From Fidelibacterota bacterium (lineage in GTDB: Bacteria; Fidelibacterota; Marinisomatia; Marinisomatales; Marinisomataceae), in NCBI GenBank assembly GCA_029253045.1, contig JAQXAG010000048.1, positions 1 to 61,518 on the forward strand: DNA of 61,518 bases, given 5' to 3'. The notes under the pieces were generated by a model. It made no database searches. It saw nothing but the letters and a program-made list of their open reading frames with translations, and was not told the DNA's origin. Positions 9,301 through 16,404 of this stretch are shown one piece after another. The translations under genes and the position numbers were made by a program. How positions within the stretch are numbered: position 1 is the stretch's first letter; every line of letters starts with the position of its first letter.

Positions 9301-11734
9301 TAAAAGATTAAATTGGAGCGGACCTCCTTTAAAAGCTTTGGAAGATGATGAAGGGTCTGGAGAGGGTTTCATATTAGAAAATATATCTAATTGTTATAGG
9401 CAGTATAGTAGGTTATTTGTGGGCGCAGTAATTAATGAAATAACATTTGGAAATTTTAAACCAATCTTTACTAAAGCTGAAGATTATGGATTTATTCTGG
9501 GCAGAGGTAGCAATTATATAAACAAAATAGATGGTGCTATAGCAGAGCAATTTCCTAAATCAAGCATGGGTAGAGGAGGTAAGGGGCTACTACTAGCCCC
9601 TCAAACAAAAGAAATAAATATGACCGCAAGCTTTGTTTCTAAAGGGAAGCAGTATAATGAAGAAAATGCTTGGACTGGGCCTTATGATAGAGAAATAACT
9701 TATGAATTATCTCTGGGAAAAGATGATAACACTGGAAATCAGCACATTGATGTTGTGGCTGAACAGGGGATAAGCGAGCCTATGACAACAGAAGGTGAAA
9801 TATTTGATACAAGTGTAATACTTAGGCTTAAAAAGAATTCTGGTTTTGAACCAGATTCAGTTAATAATTTAAGAGAGGCTAGAGCAAGGTTTAAAGTTGT
9901 GGATGGAGATGATCCTATTAAAGTTGGCGACTATTCCTTTAATTCTACTTTTGGTTACCAACAGATAGAATATGAAATGCCAAAAACCACAACAGTACAA
10001 GGGTTGGTTAATTTTATTAATTCTGAGGGTAAGCTAGCTGCTACCGTTCTAAGTGGAAATACAAGTCAAGTTGTAAGTGCATCTGCTGAATCTTCTCAAA
10101 TGTCTTTTTATGGACATAAACTTCTGGAATTAGATTTCACTGGAGTTACTGGAGGAATTACAGTTAGTGAAATTTATAGCGCAGGTTATCTTACATTAAA
10201 CCTTTCAATAGGCAATGGAAATACAAGACAAGATATGATTGATGCAATTAATCAAGACAGCTCAATTAATTCTAAATACACGGCTTCGGCAAAAAGCTAT
10301 CATAATAATGATGATCTAAATAATGTGATTAATGTTGGATCACCTACTATGAATCGGAATAGCTTTTCCCAAAATAGCAAAACATTACTGACTAAGGGGG
10401 GGATTGATCATGCTTCTTTAGGATGGTCAAATTTTGGAGAGTGGAGGCATCGAAATACATACATTGAAAATCCTTACAATGCAAGTTCCATAAATGTATA
10501 TCCTGATAATACTTATGTGTTTGATTGGAGCGATACCAACATACCAATAAAGTTCTCCTTAACTGATGGGGGGACAGAATGGAATGATCCAGACGGTGTT
10601 ATAACAGTAAACACCACACAAAAGAAAACTACATTGAATATAAATTCTAAATTCCCATCTCACGTTAATGGAACTTCGAATTTCCCTCAAACTGAAGCGG
10701 TTTTATATGGATACGCAGAAGGAAAGTCACTCTTTTCAATGAGAATAAACTATGTAAATAATAGAGGTTTCGTTCTTAAAGGTAAGAATTCTTGGGAAAA
10801 TTTTGGATATTCCTCAAAGCCATCGTTGTACCCTTTTAATGGGTACAGTGACATTAGCGAAGATAACTGGACAGAAGTCTCAACTTTACCGTTGATGGCT
10901 GGCTTAAAGTACATTATTGATTACTCAGAATTACATGAAGCAAGTATATACGACAAGCTTGATTTACTTGGTGATAATATCTCCGCTGGTACGCATATTC
11001 AAGTTTTTAATTATTTTACTTCTCATACCGACAACAGAGAGTTAATAATAGATTTAACTGATATGACAATAGATAATTATACTTCGCCATTTGATTGGGG
11101 AAACTATTCACAACCAGTTTTTGTGAATGGTATAGAATGGAATCAGGCTGGATTGACTATAGGATCAAAAAAATACAACCAAGAGAAAAACACAGCATCA
11201 TCAAACGTTTGTCATGTTAAATTTAATAGGGGTCCAGTAGCTGATGATAATATCTTGCCTAATAACAAACTTGTATATGCACAAAAAGACACCTGGTTCT
11301 ATGGAATTTTTGAAAATCATCAGCGATACAGCACTATTAAAAATAGAGGGGATATAGAACAATGGATGCAGCCAGGAAGCTATAAAGATCTTAATCTTTT
11401 AACTACTGAATTTGAGTATAAAAAATATGAAACTACAGTTTCCAGCCTTTTCGCTGGAAAAGATGAGGTTTACAAATATAATGATGATGGAACTATTACG
11501 ACTCAATCTGCGTCGAAAGTTTCAGATACTTGGGGAAGACAATTCGGTGATGACTCTTATGAATGGAAAAGGAACACTGATTTGATTACGGATATTAATC
11601 CTGCAGAAGCCAAGTATAGAAACAGTCAATGCGGATGCATAGATAGTATGTTAAACTTAAAAACTTTCAAATACACTCAATTAACTAATTTTGATGATTG
11701 GGCTGAAAAGTATCCAGAAAAAGCTCCATCATAA
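3329..11734 (+). CDS. giant (2,801 aa) multidomain protein: trypsin-like protease + PKD-like WGD modules + DUF285/BspA-like repeats
   Basis: Uninterrupted ORF starting 13 nt after the previous stop. Domains seen: a protease triad (nt ~3716-4620); two WGD modules (INWGDNTT, W at nt 5810; IDWGDDND, W at nt 8597), each followed by HxY/xxYxxxGxxxIxIxGDV; DUF285-like repeats (e.g. nt 7080-7310 and 9000-9140); and DSDSDGILDIDEKGDDITDPD (8368-8432), a thrombospondin-type-3-like Ca-binding aspartate motif. Confidence 0.7.
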   Translation: MNNTEHLLEVAKKKLKDFKISSLSFVKVADSEFLISASVDQLIEDLPNSIEIDGKDYNIDQNISKIQLLDDTELEFDGVTKDEGQRLQKWRAKVQGENNRGIIFENDCNAGDDGTEYPDTTVNKTRTRPLKCGLSISADKASQGTLGCFAIDNQDGKLVGLTNAHVLAERFLLTSEGDESGYKASVENTKVYQGDMSNLSGLTDDDAIGIVKRYFPVGLPYTTRSGGHSITKDQYQIDAALIAIKKGMINENSWKLAGIDNTSFNEGGAPTFASYNEHLNWVYDSFWGGYNSDVGGELDEFKTPQESDMLTSGAGTGPKDGTVSGDDNYRWRIVGPYKFQEQKFKNSKNPDATIIKFAANNVAIARQQNKDRYKSDQLNTIARGDWYCADNLIPGDSGSVLYAKIRGKWKMVGLIYATKFEHPTPETITYKEGLIIPFYLVAELLDISPWDGVISDDIFSQEKSGEIRTDLIYAKGKSNIYRHEVDHRLGKRAYFQAGSVERERNRQYTAVQESFGSGDGEIRPIQRNISEFITYDGIDIDLPTEGSFDKSNKEYQSNPVWFKVKNLNVPNSTIPANILDPGNGVITLDVAVIKEDSFEGLGENYFKKENRGKIIYASAPILEFYGSTINASGTNIDSLASKVSDLLGGADSNYQPGKQFTNLSKVRFDDGRKGSRISVPENGLNLNKVTGYIEHFPWELGADGKSKGGARATPEKLEDWIEEGSIKCLVLTYIDKDSEYIIDKVDLGAIETAELGTFPEQKNVAPTGDKIMRFDIDTSKYLSDLTVFTNGTNQNYDSYHWKNGNDRAAKTVMIPILEVGEGGATINWGDNTTTQVPANWKMKNQNQLATCWKNLKAGATTNTTHHQVHQDLGYDKIIHYYQTTGVKQITIEGDVLRFGLVGSFQDEAVSAGGTNYPASEKGWNANHARNIIGGLESSDFYEYSLMFSCRVTFINKFPNWQNCDFIYPFVLSNITGWNVNSEFAGFRSVGAFVTHIKKNSEYSEQEQGWVKGDWVSEGFSDFTNGNIGPFDNWKFGENYSEDFDFFERVQYKEGEDGFGVKQVMPYESLYHTFYPIIRNGNIAIKGTNTIWPYYSTLTDKKWEGLAEPKVLNTDSPYSEVIGNIRFNHDLKIGVLETNPASINQEPFYNYICNQVNNSSKQVSVKHLKLENYKSFNRSDEINSGVPSKSYDWMSRTNVVFIDDGSIDFASGTLPKYSIIAKLLAKNYELSSSEGIDSIENIFESARINFASLSAFMNRFTLKGSCSYKRAFKNATFTTSIDFSKFSFSGNDLTEMFKSATFKAGNVNFSKIETPSSIKGWFEDAVISNGTIKGLAGLRTSESTDIRNAFLNLKIQSDITDLPRLKLSEGQTFDLITSKCESLRDELGNVNPSAFRVATDSAGSITLPENLNFVNEIVDYVRMTPGTVSNTTEASILENEYSVAINKGYPDASRIGWEDNQIKPSFVKAGKYAILVDSARGTPYSANSSVYESDENNWASVYNSNLDLGLYQSESGYWTKSDRRLIGGKQFFGNNADDSEEVTDTKYIKKFKAMALSSNEYYWMGGNPVVGTYNKNVLSNLFSCRTLFESIGRHSYWAIITVDKDEYQKQDLHLRFKNTTFTSKDWAEVSVEPFSYAHNMLHAAEWNGGSISSPRSLLSNQKGKFWTDAEELLGQGGLATLDSDSDGILDIDEKGDDITDPDTKDSKITITYADSAEYNAIASVDHDDLGYLPQGHEIASNKVGISLQIGTGGITIDWGDDNDPVAYTTSNSGVIVKDYESSGGEKTIIIDGDVTTFGSDNNHGVAGHYLYGYHTTSSETDKNVRIFLGSQFRMKSFKYEGGGGLLKFGRPFGIGNGVVNSQQTHKGKTMFDPTNNWAAENTGLPKSNCQVSVDLSGFKPYSINNISGVFSQLYTHDLDLSSLDFSRIVSMDELFACAIITGNLKMPKVDDSNPAMPDSRYFNERQNTFDASRGSPATRKQALKDAHRRGGYKRLNWSGPPLKALEDDEGSGEGFILENISNCYRQYSRLFVGAVINEITFGNFKPIFTKAEDYGFILGRGSNYINKIDGAIAEQFPKSSMGRGGKGLLLAPQTKEINMTASFVSKGKQYNEENAWTGPYDREITYELSLGKDDNTGNQHIDVVAEQGISEPMTTEGEIFDTSVILRLKKNSGFEPDSVNNLREARARFKVVDGDDPIKVGDYSFNSTFGYQQIEYEMPKTTTVQGLVNFINSEGKLAATVLSGNTSQVVSASAESSQMSFYGHKLLELDFTGVTGGITVSEIYSAGYLTLNLSIGNGNTRQDMIDAINQDSSINSKYTASAKSYHNNDDLNNVINVGSPTMNRNSFSQNSKTLLTKGGIDHASLGWSNFGEWRHRNTYIENPYNASSINVYPDNTYVFDWSDTNIPIKFSLTDGGTEWNDPDGVITVNTTQKKTTLNINSKFPSHVNGTSNFPQTEAVLYGYAEGKSLFSMRINYVNNRGFVLKGKNSWENFGYSSKPSLYPFNGYSDISEDNWTEVSTLPLMAGLKYIIDYSELHEASIYDKLDLLGDNISAGTHIQVFNYFTSHTDNRELIIDLTDMTIDNYTSPFDWGNYSQPVFVNGIEWNQAGLTIGSKKYNQEKNTASSNVCHVKFNRGPVADDNILPNNKLVYAQKDTWFYGIFENHQRYSTIKNRGDIEQWMQPGSYKDLNLLTTEFEYKKYETTVSSLFAGKDEVYKYNDDGTITTQSASKVSDTWGRQFGDDSYEWKRNTDLITDINPAEAKYRNSQCGCIDSMLNLKTFKYTQLTNFDDWAEKYPEKAPS
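3716..4620 (+). other. trypsin-like (chymotrypsin-fold) serine peptidase domain inside the 2,801-aa ORF
   Basis: GTLGCFAIDNQDGKLVGLTNAHVLA (His165, nt 3821), QIDAALIAI (Asp238, nt 4040) and IPGDSGSVLYA...WKMVGLIYA (Ser397, nt 4517). The H-D-S order and the TNxHV / GDSGS contexts are typical of S1-family peptidases. The Asp-Ser spacing is longer than usual, implying an insertion. Confidence 0.65.
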
Positions 11735-11781
11735 AAAGTTGATTTTTACACCTCTAAATAGATTATAGTTATCGAAAGATA

Positions 11782-12636
11782 ATGAATAATTTTGAAAAAA
11801 AAGTATTAAACTATCCATTTAAGTTAAAAAATAAAAAAGAAATACTAATTGATTTTTTCTTTCCTGAAAAAGATAATAATCCTAATAAACCTTTAGTTCT
11901 TTACTGTCACGGAGGGGGCTGGAGCCAAGGGGATAAAGAAAAAGCCCAAAAAGGTATTTTTAAAAAAGTTCACGAAGGATTACTTGAGAATGGATTTTGT
12001 ATTGCTTCGGTAGGGTATGATAAGGGAGAAGGAATACCCATTAGGGAATGTGTGACTGATTGTAAAGATGCATTAAGATTTATATTTTCAAAATCAAAAG
12101 AGCTAGGGGTTGACACTAAAAATATTTTTGTATTTGGAGATTCATCAGGAGGTCAAATAGCTCAAGTAATTTCTTTTACAGGAATTGAAGATTTTATCGG
12201 AGATAGTAAACTTAAAAATAATGCTTGTAGTGTGTCCGCAGTAGTGTCTTGGTATGCTCCAGTAGATTTTACGGATAAAAAATTAATGTTTAAAAATGAG
12301 CTCGCACGAAATAAAGATAGGTTTAGGGATAGAATAATGGCAGGAGCAAACCTTAAAGAAGAGCAGCAAAGAAGAGAAGAGATAAGCTCAATAACTTATT
12401 TGAGTGAATCAACTCCGCCTCTGCTTGTGATACACGGGGAGGAAGACGAAACTATTCCAGTAAAACACGCTAGGTTGATTAGAAAAAAAGCTGAAGAAAA
12501 GAATGCTAAAGTAAAAGTTTTAGTAATAAAAAATGCAGGTCATAACTGGAGAGCCACAGACGAAAAAATTTCAATTAAAAAAAATAGAATAATAAAGCAA
12601 ACTATAGATTTTTTTGTAAAAAATATCAAAAGTTAA
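11782..12636 (+). CDS. alpha/beta-hydrolase fold esterase (HGGG / GxSxG type, acetyl-esterase/lipase-like)
   Basis: 284 aa. LVLYCHGGGWSQGD (oxyanion HGGG, nt 11908-11922), FVFGDSSGGQIA (GxSxG nucleophile elbow, nt 12136-12153), LLVIHGEEDETIPV (acid) and KNAGHNW (His). No signal peptide is visible. Confidence 0.8.
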   Translation: MNNFEKKVLNYPFKLKNKKEILIDFFFPEKDNNPNKPLVLYCHGGGWSQGDKEKAQKGIFKKVHEGLLENGFCIASVGYDKGEGIPIRECVTDCKDALRFIFSKSKELGVDTKNIFVFGDSSGGQIAQVISFTGIEDFIGDSKLKNNACSVSAVVSWYAPVDFTDKKLMFKNELARNKDRFRDRIMAGANLKEEQQRREEISSITYLSESTPPLLVIHGEEDETIPVKHARLIRKKAEEKNAKVKVLVIKNAGHNWRATDEKISIKKNRIIKQTIDFFVKNIKS

Positions 12637-12676
12637 AAGTGACTTTCAAAGTTAACTTTAGACTTTCTCTCTTTGA

Positions 12677-12693
12677 GGTGTATAATATATTTA
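12677..12693 (+). promoter_or_regulatory. GGTGTATAATATATTTA candidate promoter abutting the portal start codon
   Basis: A perfect TATAAT (12681-12686) lies 7 nt before ATG 12694, with no room for a Shine-Dalgarno. A near-identical 27-nt copy, including the start codon and next two codons, lies on the minus strand at 56732-56758. Confidence 0.5.
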
Positions 12694-14724
12694 ATGAGCA
12701 AGAGAACATATACAAAAAAATCTCCATACTGGAACAAGTTTGCTTCTGGATCTTTAAATAAAGAGAATGAAGGCGAAGTAGGTATAAATGTGGAACCAGC
12801 TATGGCTGGAGACAATTACTATGTATCTAATGCATCTATGTATAATGGGGGATCGACAGGTACGACCTCAAGAAGAAAAAATTCAATATCCTCTTCAGCT
12901 AAGAATAATAGATTTTCTAACATACGGCAAGGAACATTGCCCTATACCCCAAGTTCTGATGGGGTCAATGTAAGAGACGCGATAGAGTTATGTCAAAAGG
13001 CTTATGCGAATGTTCCTATTTTTAGAAATGCGATTGACATAATGGCGGAGTTAGCAAACTCAACTATATCTGTTGAGGGTGGCAATGAGACCTCTAAAAA
13101 TTTTATAGAAAAATGGTTTTCAAAAATTAACCTATGGTCTTTAAAAGATCAGTTTTTTAGAGAGTATTATAGAAGTGGCAATGTATTTTTATATAGATTA
13201 GATGGCAAATTCTCAGCAGAAGATTTCGTAAAATTAAATAAAATATATGGATCTGAGTATCTAAAAGAAGGCTATATTCCAATAAAATATGTGTTACTAA
13301 ATCCTTATGATGTTATAGCTAATAGGTCTACTTCTTTCAAAGGTAGTGCTTATAAAAAAATACTTTCAGAATATGAGTTGGAAAAACTCCAAAACCCAAA
13401 AACAGAAGAAGATAAAGAGATTTATAATGCTCTTCCAGAAGAAACCAAAAAGAAAATAAAATCTGGAGGTTGGTCTGGAGATGGAGTATCAATGGATTTA
13501 GACGCTTCAAAATTAATACATGCTTTTTATAAAAAACAAGATTACGAACCTTTTGCAATACCGTTTGGATATCCAGTTTTAGATGATATTAACTGGAAAA
13601 TGGAATTAAAAAAGGTTGACCAAGCCATAAGTAGAACTATAGAAAATGTAATTTTACTTATAACAATGGGTACAGATCCAGACAAGGGAGGAATTAATCC
13701 AAATAATTTAAATGCCATGCAGAGCCTTTTTCAAAACGAAAGTGTTGGAAGAGTTTTAGTTTCTGATTATACAACTAAAGCTGAATTTATACTACCAGAC
13801 ATCAGTAAAGTGATTGGGCCTGAAAAATATAAAATAGTAAATGAAGATATTTCTCAAGGTTTACAGAATGTTATTGTCGGAGATGAAAAATATAAAAACA
13901 CCCAAGTTAAAGCTGAAATATTCCTAGAAAGGTTAAAGGAAGCTAGGCAATCATTCTTGCATAACTTTCTTCAACCTCAAATAAAAATGGTTTGTAAAGC
14001 TATGGGATTTAAAATATACCCAACAGCAAAGTTTGAAGAAATAGATATTAAAGACGAAGTTCAATTACAAAGAGTTGTAACTAGATTAATTGAAATGGGA
14101 ATATTGACTCCTGAGCAAGGTGTTAAAGCTATTAAAACTGGAATATATCCTGAAATTGAAGATATTGAAAAAGCACAGAAGAGATATATCGAAAAAAGAA
14201 AAGAGGGAATGTACAACCCACTAGTAGGTGGCTTGCCTATGGTTGATGTCGATGGAGATGGAACAGTAGACACCGTTCCATCAGGGAATCCTGAAGAAGG
14301 CGGAAGTTCCAATAAAACTCCCACTCCAAAAGGTTCTGGTAGGCCAGTAGGTAGACCTAGGGGAACAAAAGGCATACCTAGAACAGTGAATGCTACAGAA
14401 GATTTATATTCTAGAAAAGACATCCAAGCTATTGTTTATAAAACCCAAGAGTTGGAAAATCATATTAAAGAAGCTTTTGCAAACAAAACAAACAAAGAAG
14501 AGCTATCAGAAGAGCAAAATGAAATGTGCTCCCAACTAACAAAAAGCATAGTTATGGCAAAAGATAAAAACCAATGGAGAAGATGTGCTAATTCATGTAT
14601 AAAAGATTTTGAAAAAATAGAAAAACTTAAAGTTTTAAAAAATATTTTAGAAATATCTGAAGAGAAAAATTTAGAACTTTATGCTTCTTCATTACTTTAT
14701 CACAGTAAAAAACAAAAAACTTAA
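12694..14724 (+). CDS. portal protein (candidate)
   Basis: The track ORF starts at TTG 12673. I prefer ATG 12694 (MSKRTYTKK...) because of the promoter-like element. The protein is 676 aa and lies directly upstream of the protease/scaffold, D-position and capsid genes (lambda B-C/Nu3-D-E order). VPIFRNAIDIMAELANSTISVEG...FFREYYRSGNVFLY looks like portal-family proteins. There is a Gly/Pro/basic C-terminal extension. Confidence 0.7.
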   Translation: MSKRTYTKKSPYWNKFASGSLNKENEGEVGINVEPAMAGDNYYVSNASMYNGGSTGTTSRRKNSISSSAKNNRFSNIRQGTLPYTPSSDGVNVRDAIELCQKAYANVPIFRNAIDIMAELANSTISVEGGNETSKNFIEKWFSKINLWSLKDQFFREYYRSGNVFLYRLDGKFSAEDFVKLNKIYGSEYLKEGYIPIKYVLLNPYDVIANRSTSFKGSAYKKILSEYELEKLQNPKTEEDKEIYNALPEETKKKIKSGGWSGDGVSMDLDASKLIHAFYKKQDYEPFAIPFGYPVLDDINWKMELKKVDQAISRTIENVILLITMGTDPDKGGINPNNLNAMQSLFQNESVGRVLVSDYTTKAEFILPDISKVIGPEKYKIVNEDISQGLQNVIVGDEKYKNTQVKAEIFLERLKEARQSFLHNFLQPQIKMVCKAMGFKIYPTAKFEEIDIKDEVQLQRVVTRLIEMGILTPEQGVKAIKTGIYPEIEDIEKAQKRYIEKRKEGMYNPLVGGLPMVDVDGDGTVDTVPSGNPEEGGSSNKTPTPKGSGRPVGRPRGTKGIPRTVNATEDLYSRKDIQAIVYKTQELENHIKEAFANKTNKEELSEEQNEMCSQLTKSIVMAKDKNQWRRCANSCIKDFEKIEKLKVLKNILEISEEKNLELYASSLLYHSKKQKT

Positions 14725-14729
14725 ATTTT

Positions 14730-14739
14730 TGTGTAATCT
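14730..14739 (+). promoter_or_regulatory. TGTGTAATCT upstream element
   Basis: Same GTGTAAT core, 31 nt upstream of ATG 14770, in the 45-nt gap after the portal gene. Confidence 0.3.
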
Positions 14740-14769
14740 TCTTTTGAACAATAGCTAACACATATATAA

Positions 14770-16398
14770 ATGTACAAATATAAAACTTTTTTCTCTAGCG
14801 AAATACAAGCTTCAAGTATAGACAATAATAATACAGAATCTATTTCTAAGGCTTCTTTGCAATCATTAAAATCTTTAATGCCTGAAGGAATAGATCTTGA
14901 AGGTAATATAGATTTAATTGCTGTAGCTTTTAATGCTGCCGTAGTTAATGTATTTAATAAGAATCATGACGGAATAAATACTGAAACCGCAAAAGCTGTA
15001 TATAAATACTTTGTAAATAAACCCACAAATATAGAACATAAAAAACAAAAAGTTGTGGGTCATATCATTTCTTCTGGATTTTCAAAGTACGGAACTAATG
15101 AAATTTTAGAAGTAGAAGATATAGAACAATCATATGAGCCTTTTAATATAGCCTTATCGGCTCTAGTTTATAAAACTGTAAATCCTGAGTTTGCAGATTT
15201 AATAGAAAAGTCATCTGACGAGAACGATCCAATGCACAATGTTATTTCTGCCAGCTGGGAAATAGGGTTTAATGATTATGCAATAGCCGTTGGTAGTAAA
15301 AATTTAAAAGAAGCCGAAATTGTAACAGAAGAAAAACAAAAAGAAGAATTGAAAAAATATTTAAAAGCTTTTGATGGAGACGGCCTCATGGACGACGGAA
15401 CTGAAATATATAGATTAGTAGCGGGTGATGTTTATCCATTGGGAATTGGGTTTACCACCAATCCAGCCGCAAATGTAAAGGGAACTATCCAATTAGATAA
15501 AAAAAAAGCAGTGGAAGAAGATCAAATAAAAAACGAAGAAAAAGCTGAAAAGATAGAGGTTAACTTTGACAATTTTTTAAAAAAAATAATAAATATTAAA
15601 AAAAATTCTTCACATACGGAAAAAACGCATGTAATTTCAGACAAACCGAATTTAATCAAAACCGTTCAAAAAATGGAAACACAAGAACTCATCGATCAAC
15701 TCAAGGAAACAATCTTAGCATCAAGCTCTGATAAGTTCTCCGAAGAAGCTGTCGCAAACATCGTAAAGGTAGTATCTGATGCTATCAGAGAAAAGAGCGA
15801 TGTTTACGTTCAAGAAAAAGCTGATTTGGAAACTCAAAGACAAGAGGTAGAAGCTGCCAAAGTCGAATCCGAAAAAAAGCTAATAGAACTTGAGGAAAAA
15901 TTAACCGCTTCTGAAGAAACCTTATCTAAGATTCAGGCAGAGCAAGACGAAGCTAGAAAGCTTCAATTGTTTAATGACAGAATGTCTTCCTTAGATGAAG
16001 AATACGAACTGTCAGACGATGACAGAAAAATTTTGGCATCCGAAGTTAGTGGAGTTGAAGAAGGCGAAGAAGCTTTCGCAACTTACCAAGAAAAAATAGC
16101 GATAGTTTTCAAGCATAAGAATAAATCTTTTATTGAAGAGCAAGAAAAAACTTTTAACGAAAAAGTACTTGCTGAAGTAGAGAAAAGAATGTCGAACGAT
16201 ATTGAAGCTCATGCTTCTGAAGAGGTTGCTGAAGTAGCTGAAGAAATTTCTCAAGAAGTGGTAGAAGAAGTTCTAGAACAGATTGAGTCCAGCGAAGACA
16301 TTCCTTCTAACAATGGTGAATCCACCGAAAAAGACTTATCTCTTGCTGATAAATTTAAATCAGCTTTTAACAAAGAATCCATAACAATTAAATACTAA
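14770..16398 (+). CDS. prohead protease - scaffolding fusion protein (candidate)
   Basis: 542 aa. In the N-terminal ~240 aa, NIEHKKQKVVGHI (His90), ISASWEIGF (Ser162) and LGIGFTTNPAANVKG resemble the conserved blocks of HK97-type (S78) prohead proteases. The C-terminal ~250 aa are acidic and heptad-like (EKADLETQRQEVEAAKVESEKKLIELEEKLTASEETLSKIQAEQDEARKLQ), typical of scaffolds. Confidence 0.5.
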   Translation: MYKYKTFFSSEIQASSIDNNNTESISKASLQSLKSLMPEGIDLEGNIDLIAVAFNAAVVNVFNKNHDGINTETAKAVYKYFVNKPTNIEHKKQKVVGHIISSGFSKYGTNEILEVEDIEQSYEPFNIALSALVYKTVNPEFADLIEKSSDENDPMHNVISASWEIGFNDYAIAVGSKNLKEAEIVTEEKQKEELKKYLKAFDGDGLMDDGTEIYRLVAGDVYPLGIGFTTNPAANVKGTIQLDKKKAVEEDQIKNEEKAEKIEVNFDNFLKKIINIKKNSSHTEKTHVISDKPNLIKTVQKMETQELIDQLKETILASSSDKFSEEAVANIVKVVSDAIREKSDVYVQEKADLETQRQEVEAAKVESEKKLIELEEKLTASEETLSKIQAEQDEARKLQLFNDRMSSLDEEYELSDDDRKILASEVSGVEEGEEAFATYQEKIAIVFKHKNKSFIEEQEKTFNEKVLAEVEKRMSNDIEAHASEEVAEVAEEISQEVVEEVLEQIESSEDIPSNNGESTEKDLSLADKFKSAFNKESITIKY

Positions 16399-16404
16399 AA
16401 AACC

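Noticed and set aside
12673-12693. TTG 12673 (portal) and TTG 56744 (minus-strand gene) as start codons, as in the ORF track
   Set aside because: In both cases an ATG lies a few codons downstream. Each ATG sits exactly 7 nt after a TATAAT within a duplicated 27-nt element, so the TTGs would lie inside the putative promoter.
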